A DNA stretch of 64,000 bases from Roseomonas sp. (lineage in GTDB: Bacteria; Pseudomonadota; Alphaproteobacteria; Acetobacterales; Acetobacteraceae), in contig JADCEX010000279.1 of NCBI GenBank assembly GCA_020249825.1, positions 680-64,679 of the forward strand, read 5' to 3'. The notes beneath the pieces are model-generated. The model had not been told where the DNA came from, made no database searches, and saw only the letters and a list, made by a program, of their open reading frames with translations. Made by a program: the position numbers and the translations under genes. Positions 46,092-56,431 of this stretch are shown one piece after another; the first letter of the stretch is position 1, and the number at the start of each line of letters is the position of its first letter.

Positions 46092-48695
46092 ATGGATATC
46101 GAAAAGTTTACCGACCGCGCCCGCGGTTTTCTGCAAGCGGCGCAAACCATTGCCATTCGCGAATTCCACCAGCAGGTGACGCCGACGCATCTGTTGAAGG
46201 CGCTGCTGGATGACCCGGAAGGCGCTGCCAGCGGCCTGATCCGCGCCGCCGGGGGTGACCCGATTCGGGCCAAGAACGCCGTGGAAAATTTCATGGCGCG
46301 CCTGCCGAAAGTGACCGGCGGCGGCGCTTCCGCGCAACCGAGCTTCACCGCCGATATCGTGCGCATCCTGGGCAATGCCCAGGAACAGGCGAATCGCGCC
46401 GGTGATGCCTTTGTCGCGCAAGACCGCGTGCTGGTGGCCCTTGCCGGCAGCGAAGGCGATGCGGGCCGCGCGCTGCGCCTGGCGGGTGCGGAGCCCGACA
46501 AGCTGGAAAAGGCCATCGCCCAAATCCGCAAGGGCCGCACCGTGCAAAGCCAGAATGCCGAAGACAGCTTCGATGCGCTGAAGAAATACGCGCGCGACAT
46601 CACGGAAGTGGCACGCCAGGGCAAGCTTGACCCGGTGATTGGCCGTGATGAGGAGATCCGCCGCGCCATTCAGGTGCTGGCGCGCCGCACCAAGAACAAC
46701 CCGGTGCTGATCGGCGAACCAGGTGTGGGCAAGACCGCGATTGTCGAAGGCTTGGCGCTGCGCATCGTCAATGGCGATGTGCCGGAAGCGCTGAAAACGA
46801 AGCGCGTGATGGCGCTGGATCTGGGCGCCATGGTCGCCGGCGCCAAATATCGCGGTGAGTTTGAGGAACGCCTGAAGGCCGTTCTGGCGGAAACCACGCA
46901 GGCGGAAGGCGAGATTATCCTGTTCATTGATGAAATGCACACGCTGGTTGGCGCGGGCAAGGCGGATGGCGCCATGGATGCATCGAACCTGCTGAAGCCC
47001 GCCTTGGCGCGCGGTGAATTGCATTGCATCGGCGCCACCACCTTGGATGAATATCGCAAGCATGTGGAAAAGGATGCCGCGCTGGCGCGGCGCTTCCAGC
47101 CCGTATTTGTTGGCGAGCCGAGCGTGGAGGACACAATCTCCATCCTCCGCGGTATCAAGGAAAAATACGAACTCCATCATGGCGTTCGCATCGCCGATGG
47201 TGCGCTTGTGGCGGCGGCGACCCTTTCCAATCGCTACATCACGGATCGCTTCCTGCCTGATAAAGCCATTGATTTGGTGGATGAGGCTGCATCGCGGCTT
47301 CGCATGCAGGTGGATAGCAAGCCTGAGGAATTGGACGCGATTGACCGCGACCTCATGCGCCTCAAGATCGAACGCGAAGCGCTGAAAAAGGAAGATGATG
47401 CGGCATCGCGTGATCGCCTTGCCAAGCTTGAGAAGGAATTGGCGGAGCTTGAGGAAAGCTCAGCCGCCATGACCGCGCGTTGGGAATCCGAAAAGGGCAA
47501 GGTGGTTGAAAGCCAGAAGCTCAAGGAAGAATTGGATAAGGCGCGCACCGAAGTAGAATTGGCGCAGCGTCGTGGCGATCTGACCAAGGCTTCTGAATTG
47601 CTCTATGGCGTCATTCCGGGCATTGAAAAGAAACTGGCTGATGCCGGCAATGGCGATGCCAAGCTGGTGAACGAAGCCGTGACGGAAGAAGGCATTGCGG
47701 CCGTGGTCAGCCGCTGGACCGGGATTCCGGTTGAGAAAATGCTGGAAGGCGAACGCGCCAAGCTGCTGCGCATGGAAGACCAGTTGCGCAAGCGCGTGGT
47801 GGGTCAGGAAGAAGCGTTGGAAGCTGTTTCAAAGGCGGTGCGCCGTGCGCGTGCCGGCTTGCAGGACCCCAATCGCCCGATTGGCAGCTTCCTGTTCCTG
47901 GGCCCGACCGGTGTTGGCAAGACGGAGCTGGTGAAGTCTCTCGCTTCCTTCCTGTTCGATGATGAACGCGCCATGACGCGCATTGACATGTCCGAATACA
48001 TGGAAAAGCACGCGGTATCGCGGTTGATTGGCGCGCCGCCTGGCTATGTTGGGTATGAGGAAGGGGGCGCGCTGACCGAAGCCGTGCGCCGGCGGCCTTA
48101 TCAGGTAATCCTTTTCGATGAGGTCGAAAAAGCGCATGATGATGTCTTCAATGTGCTGTTGCAGGTGCTGGATGATGGAAGGCTGACGGATGGCCAGGGG
48201 CGGACGGTTGATTTCCGCAACACCATCATTGTGCTGACCAGCAATCTCGGCGCGCATGCCATCGCTGAATTGCCGGAAAGCGCCGATATTGAAGCGGCGC
48301 GGCCTGCGGTGATGCGGAGCGTCCGTGAACGCTTCCGCCCGGAATTTCTGAACCGGTTGGATGAGATTGTGCTGTTCCGGCGCCTCGCGCGCGGGGATAT
48401 GGCTTCGATTGTGGATATCCAGCTGCGCGGCCTGCGCCGGTTGCTGGAAGATCGCAAGATCACGCTCACGCTGGATGAGGCGGCGCGGGAATGGTTGGCG
48501 GAAGCGGGCTATGATCCGGTTTATGGCGCGCGGCCCTTGAAGCGCGTCATTCAACGGAACCTACAAGACAAGCTTGCGGGGCTATTGTTGGAAGGCAGCG
48601 TGAAGGATGGCGAAAGCCTGACCGTGACGGCCAGCCCTGATGGGCTGGAAGTACGCCAGGCCCCGGCGGAAGACGCACCTGCTGAGGCGGCCTGA
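46092..48695 (+). CDS. clpB: ATP-dependent disaggregase ClpB
   Basis: [23 protein letters not shown]-domain, [19 protein letters not shown]; GAGG RBS before ATG 46092. Confidence 0.98.
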   Translation: MDIEKFTDRARGFLQAAQTIAIREFHQQVTPTHLLKALLDDPEGAASGLIRAAGGDPIRAKNAVENFMARLPKVTGGGASAQPSFTADIVRILGNAQEQANRAGDAFVAQDRVLVALAGSEGDAGRALRLAGAEPDKLEKAIAQIRKGRTVQSQNAEDSFDALKKYARDITEVARQGKLDPVIGRDEEIRRAIQVLARRTKNNPVLIGEPGVGKTAIVEGLALRIVNGDVPEALKTKRVMALDLGAMVAGAKYRGEFEERLKAVLAETTQAEGEIILFIDEMHTLVGAGKADGAMDASNLLKPALARGELHCIGATTLDEYRKHVEKDAALARRFQPVFVGEPSVEDTISILRGIKEKYELHHGVRIADGALVAAATLSNRYITDRFLPDKAIDLVDEAASRLRMQVDSKPEELDAIDRDLMRLKIEREALKKEDDAASRDRLAKLEKELAELEESSAAMTARWESEKGKVVESQKLKEELDKARTEVELAQRRGDLTKASELLYGVIPGIEKKLADAGNGDAKLVNEAVTEEGIAAVVSRWTGIPVEKMLEGERAKLLRMEDQLRKRVVGQEEALEAVSKAVRRARAGLQDPNRPIGSFLFLGPTGVGKTELVKSLASFLFDDERAMTRIDMSEYMEKHAVSRLIGAPPGYVGYEEGGALTEAVRRRPYQVILFDEVEKAHDDVFNVLLQVLDDGRLTDGQGRTVDFRNTIIVLTSNLGAHAIAELPESADIEAARPAVMRSVRERFRPEFLNRLDEIVLFRRLARGDMASIVDIQLRGLRRLLEDRKITLTLDEAAREWLAEAGYDPVYGARPLKRVIQRNLQDKLAGLLLEGSVKDGESLTVTASPDGLEVRQAPAEDAPAEAA

Positions 48696-48756
48696 CCGGG
48701 CTTGATCACGCGCCGCATTCGGGCAAGCTTCCGCCAGTTCATCGGAGGCTTCACGA

Positions 48757-49863
48757 ATGCGGCGCAGGATTTTTCTGGGAACAGGGGCGGCGATGCTGGC
48801 GGGCGCGGCTGCCGCGCAGCATCACGGGCATCACGGGGCGAATATCCCCGCTGATCAAATGTCCGCCTTGCGCGGACCCAATCCGCAGGCGCTGACCGCA
48901 GAACAATTGGCGCAGCGTGTGGTGACCAGCCCAGCGCCAGCCGGTGTGCCGGGGCGTTGGGTGTCGCGGGCGCCGCTGCCGCTGCCGCGCAGTGAAATGG
49001 CCTGGGCCACGGCCTGGGCCGGCAAGCTGCATGTGATTGGCGGCTATGCGCAGGGCCAGGTGGATAAGCCCTATCACCATGTCTATGATCCCGCGGTGGA
49101 TCGCTGGCAGGAAGCGGCACCTTTGCCGCGCGGCGCCAATCATGTCGGCGTAGTCGCTGATGCCGGGCGGATTTATGCGCTGGGCGGTTTCACCGAACAG
49201 AACCGCGCATCCGACACCAAGGCCTTTGTTTATGATGTCGCGGCTGATCGCTGGTCTGCCATTGCGCCCATGCCGCGGCCTCGTGGTGCCGGGGCGGTGG
49301 CTGCTGTGGGCGGCAAAATTTACCATATCGGCGGCGCGACAGACCCCGCACCCGAACGCGCCAGCATTTCCTGGAATGAGGTCTATGATCCGCAAACGGA
49401 TAAATGGACCCTGCTCCGCCCGCTGCCCGCCGGGCGCGACCATGCCGGCGTCGTGGTGTGGGAAGGGCGCATTCATGTCGCTGGCGGGCGCTTCAACACT
49501 TTTGAAAACAATACCGGCCTGCATCACGTCTATGATCCGGGGAGTGACACTTGGCGGCTGCGTGCGCCCATCCCAACCCCGCGTTCTGGCCATGGCATGG
49601 CGGTGCTGCGCGGGCGCTTCTGGTGCATGGGGGGCGAGGAGCGGCTGTATGATTCGCAAAACCGCCCGATTGATCGTGTGATCGGCACGGTGGAATCCTA
49701 TGATCCCGCAACGGATAGCTGGCAGCACCACGCGCCGATGCCGACACCGCGGCATGGGCTGGGTGCGGCGCTGATTGGTGACACGATCTATGTCGCGGGC
49801 GGCGGGCCGATTGTTGGTGGCGGCATCCAAACCGCCGTGCATGAAGCTTTCATTCCGGGCTAA
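48757..49863 (+). CDS. Tat-exported Kelch-repeat beta-propeller protein
   Basis: MRRRIFL twin-Arg signal; about 6 Kelch repeats (GG..YDP..D.W...APMP.PR). Confidence 0.88.
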   Translation: MRRRIFLGTGAAMLAGAAAAQHHGHHGANIPADQMSALRGPNPQALTAEQLAQRVVTSPAPAGVPGRWVSRAPLPLPRSEMAWATAWAGKLHVIGGYAQGQVDKPYHHVYDPAVDRWQEAAPLPRGANHVGVVADAGRIYALGGFTEQNRASDTKAFVYDVAADRWSAIAPMPRPRGAGAVAAVGGKIYHIGGATDPAPERASISWNEVYDPQTDKWTLLRPLPAGRDHAGVVVWEGRIHVAGGRFNTFENNTGLHHVYDPGSDTWRLRAPIPTPRSGHGMAVLRGRFWCMGGEERLYDSQNRPIDRVIGTVESYDPATDSWQHHAPMPTPRHGLGAALIGDTIYVAGGGPIVGGGIQTAVHEAFIPG

Positions 49864-49871
49864 GGCGCCAG

Positions 49872-51191
49872 TCAAAACCCCGCGAATTTCAGCACCAGCC
49901 CCGCAATCGCAGTGAAGCCAAGGCTGCGCGCCAAGCCTTGCTTCATCGCGAAAAGCAGCACAGCGGCAAAGACCGCAAGCGCCAACGCGGCGGGATCGAG
50001 GCTGGTCAGCACCGGCAGATCAAGCCTGATTGGCCCGAAGCTGCTGACCTGCACATCGCGGAAAATCACGCGCAAGCCGAACCAAAGCGCGAGGTTCGCA
50101 ATCACGCCCACCACCGCCGCCGTCACCGCCCCCAAAGCACCCTTCAAGCGCGGCGCTGCGTGAAGTTTCTCGACGAAAGGTGCGCCCAGAAAAATCCAGG
50201 CAAAACACGGCGCGAAAGTCACCCACAGCGTCAGCGCACTGCCCGCGACACCGCCCCATACGCCATCAGCGCGATAACCCGCCAGAAACCCCACAAATTG
50301 CAGCACCAAAATCAGCGGCCCAGGCGTGGTTTCCGCCAGGCCAAGCCCGGCCAGCATCTCAGCCGCAGAGAGCCATTGGTAATGCTCCACCGCTTCCTGC
50401 GCGGCATAGGCGAGTACCGCATAGGCGCCGCCAAAAGTCACCACCGCAAGCTTTGAGAAAAACCAGGCGATATCGCCATAAACGCCCGATCCCATCAGCA
50501 GCACGACAGGCCAAAGCCAAAGCGCAAGGGCGATCAATCCCGCGCGCCGCGCCGCCCCCGCCATGCGCGGTATTCGCTGCGGATCGGCCGCAATGGCCGC
50601 ATCCAATAGCGCGGGCGGGCCATCCTTGGCCGCGCCATGGCCACCGCCGCTGAAGGCATCAGCCAGCGCAAAGCCAATCGCCAAGGCGGCCAGCACCACC
50701 AGCGGAAACGGCACATTGAACAGCGCAAGCGCCGCGAATGCCGCGATGGCCAGCGCGACGGGCACCGGCCCCTTCAAAGCGCGTTTCGCCACGCGCAGTA
50801 GGGCCTCCACCACCAGGACCAACACCGCACATTTCAAGCCAAAGAAAAGGGCGGCCACAATCGGCACATCGCCCAAGGTTGCGTAGATGATGGAAAGCGC
50901 CAGCATCACCGCCGCACCGGGTAGGATGAACAGCAGCCCCGCCACCAAGCCGCCGCGCACGCCATGCATCAGCCAGCCGAGATATGTGGCCAATTGCTGC
51001 GCCTCTGGCCCCGGCAGCAACATGCAGAAATTCAGCGCATGGAGGAAACGCGCATCGGAAACCCAATGGCGCTGCTCAACCACTTCGCGATGCATCACCG
51101 CGATTTGCGCGGCGGGACCACCGAAAGATAGCAAACCAATGCGCAGCCAAACGCGCAGCGCTTCGGCAAAGGTGGGGAAATTCTGTGTCAT
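49872..51191 (-). CDS. chrA: chromate ion transporter (CHR family)
   Basis: GLLSFGGPAAQIAVM, CMLLPGPEAQQLA, VTFGGAYAVL, AETTPGPL. Confidence 0.92.
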   Translation of the reverse strand: MTQNFPTFAEALRVWLRIGLLSFGGPAAQIAVMHREVVEQRHWVSDARFLHALNFCMLLPGPEAQQLATYLGWLMHGVRGGLVAGLLFILPGAAVMLALSIIYATLGDVPIVAALFFGLKCAVLVLVVEALLRVAKRALKGPVPVALAIAAFAALALFNVPFPLVVLAALAIGFALADAFSGGGHGAAKDGPPALLDAAIAADPQRIPRMAGAARRAGLIALALWLWPVVLLMGSGVYGDIAWFFSKLAVVTFGGAYAVLAYAAQEAVEHYQWLSAAEMLAGLGLAETTPGPLILVLQFVGFLAGYRADGVWGGVAGSALTLWVTFAPCFAWIFLGAPFVEKLHAAPRLKGALGAVTAAVVGVIANLALWFGLRVIFRDVQVSSFGPIRLDLPVLTSLDPAALALAVFAAVLLFAMKQGLARSLGFTAIAGLVLKFAGF

Positions 51192-51195
51192 TGCG

Positions 51196-52935
51196 CTATT
51201 CCGCCGCCGCTTGCAGCAGGCTTTCGCCTGGCTTCAGGCGAGAGAAGGCAACCTTCTGCCATTCCAAAACCATGCGTTCATCTTCCAGCCGCACAGATGT
51301 TGCCGCCAAGCCCACCGCATCATCGCGCGTTTCGGGGAAATCCTCGCGCCAATGCGCGCCGCGCGATTCCTCCCGCGCCTGGGACGCCACCACAATCGCG
51401 CGGCTCACCAACAGCAGGGATTTCAGATTGAGCCAATCATGCCAGGTCAGGTTGAAGGCGCGATTGGCGCCATCAACACCGGAAGCATCCACCTCAGCCT
51501 CCAGCGCATCCAGCCCGCTTGCCGCTTCAGCAAGCCCCGCCGCGTCGCGCAGAATGCCGGCCTTGTCCCACATCAATTCCTGCAACGTATCGCGCAATGG
51601 TGAAAGATTGCGCGCTGGCCGCGCGAAGGGCGCTTCAAGCGCAGCGATGGCGGCTTCAAGCGCGGCGCCATCCGGTTCCACCATTGCGCCTTCACGCGGC
51701 ACCCATTGCGCCATGGTATCGCCGGCAATGCCGCCAAAAACCGTTGAATTGGCTACACCATTACCACCGAGGCGATTGGCGCCATGCACGCCGCCCGTAT
51801 CCTCTCCAGCGGCGAAAAGCCCAGGCAGCGCTGTGCTGCCATCCGGGCGAAATACCAGCCCGCCCATCATGTAATGCGCGGTCGGCACCACCGGCACGCG
51901 CCCCGCGGCCAGGTCAAACCCCATATCGGCGCAGCGTTCCACCATGCCCTTGAATTCGCGCCGCACACGATCCGGGCCAAGATGCCCCATTTCAATCCAA
52001 AGCCCGCCCGCGTCATTCACATTGCCGGCCAGGATTTCACGCTGCATGGAACGGCTGACGATATCACGCGTGGCACGCTCCGCGCGCTTGTCGTATTTCG
52101 CCATGAAGCGCTTGCCATCGCCACCCAGCAAATACCCGCCCGCGCCGCGCAGCCCTTCTTCAATGATGGTGCCCGTCATGCGCGTGCCAGGGCCGGCCAA
52201 AACGCCGGTTGGGTGGAATTGCACCATTTCCATATCGCGCAGCGTCAAGCCCGCGCGCAGCGCCATCGCCATACCATCACAGGATTTATCCCCTGATGGT
52301 GTATGGTATTTATACATGGTGGGCCCGCCGCCGGTGCCGAGCATCACCGCCTTGGCCTGCACAAACACCAGGCCACCACTCCGCATATCAATCAGCAGCA
52401 CGCCGGCAAGCCGCGCGCCATCCGCGCTTGGGATCAGCGCCACCGCGCGATGTTCTTCCAAGCGCTGAATACCGCGCGCCCAAACCTGTTCCGCCAGGCG
52501 ATTGACAATCTCAATCCCTGTCAGATCGCCCTTATGCACGGTGCGATCAAAAGTCTGCCCGGCAAAGGCTTTTTGGTGAATCGTGCCATCGGCATTGCGA
52601 TCGAAAAAACAACCCCAGCGATTTTCCAATTCACGAATACGCCGCTGCGCGCCCACCACAAGCGTCCATGCCAAATCCTGATCATTCAGCCATTTGCCGC
52701 CATCAAGCGTATCCATGAAATGGCGCTCAGCCGAATCACCTTCCGCAATCGCGACATTATAGCCGCCCTGCACCATGCGCGTGCAGCCGCATTTGCCAAG
52801 CAAGCCCTTCACCGCAATGGTGACTTCCAGCGCTGGATTGCCAGCTTTCGCATGCAGCGCCGCGAGCAACCCCGCACCGCCCGCGCCCAGTACCAGAATA
52901 TCCGTGCTGCGCCGTGTGATCTCGGCTGGCATCAC
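51196..52935 (-). CDS. succinate dehydrogenase/fumarate reductase-like flavoprotein subunit (non-canonical)
   Basis: GAGGAG FAD motif, QFHPTG, RDIVSR, HYMMGG, HGANRLGGN, REESRGAH; the covalent-FAD His position reads KCGCTRMVQGG. Confidence 0.88.
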   Translation of the reverse strand: MMPAEITRRSTDILVLGAGGAGLLAALHAKAGNPALEVTIAVKGLLGKCGCTRMVQGGYNVAIAEGDSAERHFMDTLDGGKWLNDQDLAWTLVVGAQRRIRELENRWGCFFDRNADGTIHQKAFAGQTFDRTVHKGDLTGIEIVNRLAEQVWARGIQRLEEHRAVALIPSADGARLAGVLLIDMRSGGLVFVQAKAVMLGTGGGPTMYKYHTPSGDKSCDGMAMALRAGLTLRDMEMVQFHPTGVLAGPGTRMTGTIIEEGLRGAGGYLLGGDGKRFMAKYDKRAERATRDIVSRSMQREILAGNVNDAGGLWIEMGHLGPDRVRREFKGMVERCADMGFDLAAGRVPVVPTAHYMMGGLVFRPDGSTALPGLFAAGEDTGGVHGANRLGGNGVANSTVFGGIAGDTMAQWVPREGAMVEPDGAALEAAIAALEAPFARPARNLSPLRDTLQELMWDKAGILRDAAGLAEAASGLDALEAEVDASGVDGANRAFNLTWHDWLNLKSLLLVSRAIVVASQAREESRGAHWREDFPETRDDAVGLAATSVRLEDERMVLEWQKVAFSRLKPGESLLQAAAE

Positions 52936-53540
52936 GCGGCCCCCAATTTTTCAAGCACGGCCTGGCGCCGGCGCGCCGCCTCATCATTCACCTTGGCGAA
53001 AAGACTGCCGCCATGGCTATCCATTGCCACCAATAAAGGACCGAAACTTTTTATCCGAAACTTGTAGAGGCTTTCGGGATTGAGATCATCCATATCCACA
53101 TCCTCCACCGCTTCAATCCAGGTGGTCTCCAGAGCCGCCGCGCCGCCCACCACGGCCAAATAGGCGCCGCCCAAATCACGGAAAGCTTGCAGTGAACCCT
53201 CACGCAGCCCGCCCTTGCCGATGATGATGCGCACGCCTTCGCGTTCCATCAGCGGGCGCGTGAAGCGCTCCATCCGGTCTGATGTGGTGGTGCCAACGCA
53301 TACGGCTTCATACCCCGAATGATTATTGCCCGCGCGTTCCACCTTCCGCAGATTGGGCGCGGTATGAATCACAGCATGGCCTTGCAGATTGAACTTCGTG
53401 CGCCGGCCATGATCAAACATATGGATCTGCGTCGCATCCCTGATGCCATAGAGCGTTTCTTCCAGCGTCACCGTATCGCCCACGCGCAGCGCGCGGACCT
53501 GATCCTCGGTGATCGGCATGGGCAGGATGTGATGGGTCAT
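52932..53540 (-). CDS. Fe-S class I fumarate/tartrate-type hydratase, beta subunit
   Basis: LRVGDTVTL, GIRDATQ, GTTTSDRME, IIIGKGG, FGPLLVAMDSHG. Confidence 0.9.
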   Translation of the reverse strand: MTHHILPMPITEDQVRALRVGDTVTLEETLYGIRDATQIHMFDHGRRTKFNLQGHAVIHTAPNLRKVERAGNNHSGYEAVCVGTTTSDRMERFTRPLMEREGVRIIIGKGGLREGSLQAFRDLGGAYLAVVGGAAALETTWIEAVEDVDMDDLNPESLYKFRIKSFGPLLVAMDSHGGSLFAKVNDEAARRRQAVLEKLGAA

Positions 53541-54052
53541 GCTTCTTCCTCAGGCGCTGGCCAAAGACCTTGGGCGGCTTCTGCCAGAGACTCATTTTCC
53601 AGGCGATAGGAAAGCCGCGCCAAAGGGGCGGCGCCGAGCTTCGCATAGAAGGCCCGCGCACGCAGGTTTTCCTCACCCGTGCCCCACTCCACGCGGCTAT
53701 AGCCGCCCGCCACCGCGAAGCGCATCGCGCCCCGCATCAGGGCGCGGGCGGCGCGTGTGCCGCGATGCGCTTCCATGACAAAAATATCCTTGAGCAATAG
53801 CCCCCAGGTGAAATCCCGCGCCGGGAAAAAACCCGAAAGCGAGACCAACCCCGCTGGTTCATCCCCTGCGCGTGCTATCAGGCAAAATGGACCAGCGCGA
53901 TTGGCGGGAGAGGTCAAAGCCTCCGCCGCCGCAACAAGGCGCGTATGGCCCAGCACTTCATCATAAAAATCGCCCATTTCCGCGAGCACGCGCATCAAGG
54001 CGGGCCGATCCGGCGGCCCCGCCAAGGTCACGGCGATGCTGGCGGAAGACAT
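53537..54052 (-). CDS. GNAT family N-acetyltransferase
   Basis: LLKDIFVMEAHRGTRAARALM, ENLRARAFYAKLGA. Confidence 0.85.
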   Translation of the reverse strand: MSSASIAVTLAGPPDRPALMRVLAEMGDFYDEVLGHTRLVAAAEALTSPANRAGPFCLIARAGDEPAGLVSLSGFFPARDFTWGLLLKDIFVMEAHRGTRAARALMRGAMRFAVAGGYSRVEWGTGEENLRARAFYAKLGAAPLARLSYRLENESLAEAAQGLWPAPEEEA

Positions 54053-54055
54053 GGT

Positions 54056-54964
54056 TCAAAAACCAATACTAACGCCGGCCGGCGTGAAAGTCGCACTCGC
54101 GCGCCGCGCGCTATGGCATTGGATATTCACAGCGACAGGGTTCATCGTGATGTGTGTGGCCGCTGTTTCCACATGCACGGCGAAGGATGTGGAATCTCCG
54201 CCCAGACCCTGCGGGCCGATACCAAGCGCATTCACCGCTTCCGAAAGCTCGGCTTCCAGCTTCGCCCCTTCCGCATCGGTGCAGCGCGACCCAAGCGGGC
54301 GGGTTGCGGCAATCTTCGCCAAATGCATGCACAAATCAGAAGTGCCGCCAACACCAACGCCCACAATCGTCGGCGGGCAGACCTTGCCGCCGGCCTGGAT
54401 CACGCGGTCCACCACAAAGCGCTTCACGGCAGCAAGCCCATCCGCCGGGATCAGCATTTGCAGGAAGGACCCGTTTTCTGAGCCCGACCCCTTCGGGATC
54501 ATCTCAAGCCGCAACTCACGATCCGCATCGGTGAAATCAATATTGATCACCGGCACGCGTTCCCCGCAGGACGTATGTTCGTTCTTCCGCGTAATCGGAT
54601 GCACAACTGAAGACCGCAGCGGGTGTTCGCGCGTGGCGCGCGCCGTGCCGCGGGCAATCGCTTCCTTCAGCGCAAATCCATCCACGGCGACATTGCGCCC
54701 GATCAGCAGGTTGAAGATCGGAATGCCGGTATCCTGGCACAGCAGATTATCCATCCGTTCCGCGACACCGATATTCTCGATCATCGTGGCCAGGATGGTT
54801 TTCGCCGTGGCATCGGTTTCGGTCGCATCAAGCCGCGTGAAACCGGCCTTGATGTCGTCGGGCAGGATTTTGCAGGCGCGAATATAAAGCAGCTTGGCCG
54901 CTTCCTCGATCGCCTCAGGCTCCACAACCAGCGGCGCGATTTCGGTCTTTGACATCAGGCTCAT
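54056..54964 (-). CDS. Fe-S class I fumarate/tartrate-type hydratase, alpha subunit
   Basis: LCQDTG, PKGSGSEN, CPPTIVGVGVGG, GIGPQGLGG, NIQCHSARR (three Cys ligands). Confidence 0.9.
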   Translation of the reverse strand: MSLMSKTEIAPLVVEPEAIEEAAKLLYIRACKILPDDIKAGFTRLDATETDATAKTILATMIENIGVAERMDNLLCQDTGIPIFNLLIGRNVAVDGFALKEAIARGTARATREHPLRSSVVHPITRKNEHTSCGERVPVINIDFTDADRELRLEMIPKGSGSENGSFLQMLIPADGLAAVKRFVVDRVIQAGGKVCPPTIVGVGVGGTSDLCMHLAKIAATRPLGSRCTDAEGAKLEAELSEAVNALGIGPQGLGGDSTSFAVHVETAATHITMNPVAVNIQCHSARRASATFTPAGVSIGF

Positions 54965-55021
54965 GGGACCATCCCCTTCTTGGCCCGAGTTTCCCACAAG
55001 CGCCGGCAGGATGAAAGCGTT

Positions 55022-55753
55022 TCAAACCACCAGTGAAAGCCCCGAGAGAAACAACAACCCCAAAAGCACCAGGCGAAACCCCTCGGCTGGGATCACGCGA
55101 TAGGCTTGCAGGCCAAGCCAGGTGCCAAGGGCCAGGGCCGGTAGCGCCATCAGCAGGGTCTTGGCGGTTTCCAGCGTGAAAAACCCAGTGATTGCCAAAC
55201 CGGCCGCGGCGATGATTTGCATTACCACAATGAAGGGCTGGAAAATCGCGCGGGCTTCGTCCTTGCGGAGCCCCTTCAGATCCGTCCACATGGAAGGCAA
55301 AGCGCCTGAAAACCCGCCAATGCCGCCCAAGGCGCCCGCGAAAAAGCCCACCACCGCATCGGCGCGTACCCCGGCGGCGAGTTTCGGCGGTGCCAGGCGC
55401 AGCGCAATCCGCGCCAGCATAAAGCCGGCATAGCCCACCAATAGAATGCCGATGCCGGCCACAATCACGCGCGCTTCCAAGACACTCAGCGCCCAAACCC
55501 CGAAAGGGGTGCCCAAGGCGCCGGCAAAAACATAAGGCTTCAGCACCGGCCAGCGAATGGAAGGCCAAACCACGCGCAAGGTCACGCTCTGGATCAATAA
55601 GGACCCCATCACCAGAACGGGCGCGATCTCCTGCGGGGTCACCCAATGATACAGGATGCCCGCCGCCACCAGATTGAAGGCAAAGCCCGCCAGGCCGGAA
55701 CAAAACGCCGCAATGAAGCAGCCGACCAATAGCGCCAGAAGATCAAAAGACAT
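55022..55753 (-). CDS. TauE/SafE family (sulfite exporter-like) membrane protein
   Basis: SGLAGFAF, two-fold repeated TM bundle, GALGGIGGFSG; about 243 aa. Confidence 0.8.
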   Translation of the reverse strand: MSFDLLALLVGCFIAAFCSGLAGFAFNLVAAGILYHWVTPQEIAPVLVMGSLLIQSVTLRVVWPSIRWPVLKPYVFAGALGTPFGVWALSVLEARVIVAGIGILLVGYAGFMLARIALRLAPPKLAAGVRADAVVGFFAGALGGIGGFSGALPSMWTDLKGLRKDEARAIFQPFIVVMQIIAAAGLAITGFFTLETAKTLLMALPALALGTWLGLQAYRVIPAEGFRLVLLGLLFLSGLSLVV

Positions 55754-56084
55754 TGAACAGGAAAACCAATCCCACCAGCAGGGAAAGCCCAAAGGAAAGC
55801 GCCACCAGATCCTTCTGTGCCCGCCCCCAGCCCAAAAACTCCAGCGCCAAGACGCGCAAACCACCCGCCAGATGCGCCGCCAGCAGGATCACTAGCGCGG
55901 TTTCGGCGGCCTTCACCAAGGGGTTGTCTGCCCAGCGCAAAAACCCATCCAGCCGCGCTTCCCCCTGAATGGCGCTGCCGAGCGCCCAGAAATGCAGCGG
56001 CAGGAATAGCGCCAGCAAAAGCCCCGATATCCGATGCACCGCAAAGCCGATCCAGCTTGGGTGGGAACGCGCGCGGAAATCCAT
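55743..56084 (-). CDS. SDH-like cytochrome b membrane subunit
   Basis: HRISGLLLALFLPLH, HLAGGLRVL heme-ligand motif. Confidence 0.85.
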   Translation of the reverse strand: MDFRARSHPSWIGFAVHRISGLLLALFLPLHFWALGSAIQGEARLDGFLRWADNPLVKAAETALVILLAAHLAGGLRVLALEFLGWGRAQKDLVALSFGLSLLVGLVFLFNVF

Positions 56085-56431
56085 CAGCTATACAAGCCCC
56101 AAGCCGCGCGGATGCCGAAAGCCGCGGTCAGCAGCCCAATCCCAAGCCAACAGAAATCAAGGCTGCGTCCACGCCAGCCTAGGGTCTCGGCGGCGATGTT
56201 GCGGAGCCCAATCGCGCCATGCAGCCCGGCGGCGAGTGCAAACACCACATAAAAGCCAAGCCAGGCTTCAGAACCCTGGGTGCGCGCCAGAATCTCCCGC
56301 GCGGAAAGCCCGCCCTGCACCGCGCTGATGATGGTGATCAGATGCACCAGCACGGCGAAGGCCAGCAACATCGCCGTCAGCCGCTGCACCACCCAAAGAT
56401 GCGCCTGCCCGCGTGCGGCCCTGTCAGCCAT
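56084..56431 (-). CDS. SDH-like membrane anchor subunit
   Basis: QRLTAMLL..LVH, HGAIGLRNI; 3 TM segments. Confidence 0.85.
   Translation of the reverse strand: MADRAARGQAHLWVVQRLTAMLLAFAVLVHLITIISAVQGGLSAREILARTQGSEAWLGFYVVFALAAGLHGAIGLRNIAAETLGWRGRSLDFCWLGIGLLTAAFGIRAAWGLYS

Noticed and set aside
51196-52935. Annotation as housekeeping sdhA or nadB
   Set aside because: It lacks the covalent-FAD His motif and the sdhCDAB order, has no nadA/nadC neighbours, and has dedicated Fe-S and membrane subunits that NadB lacks.
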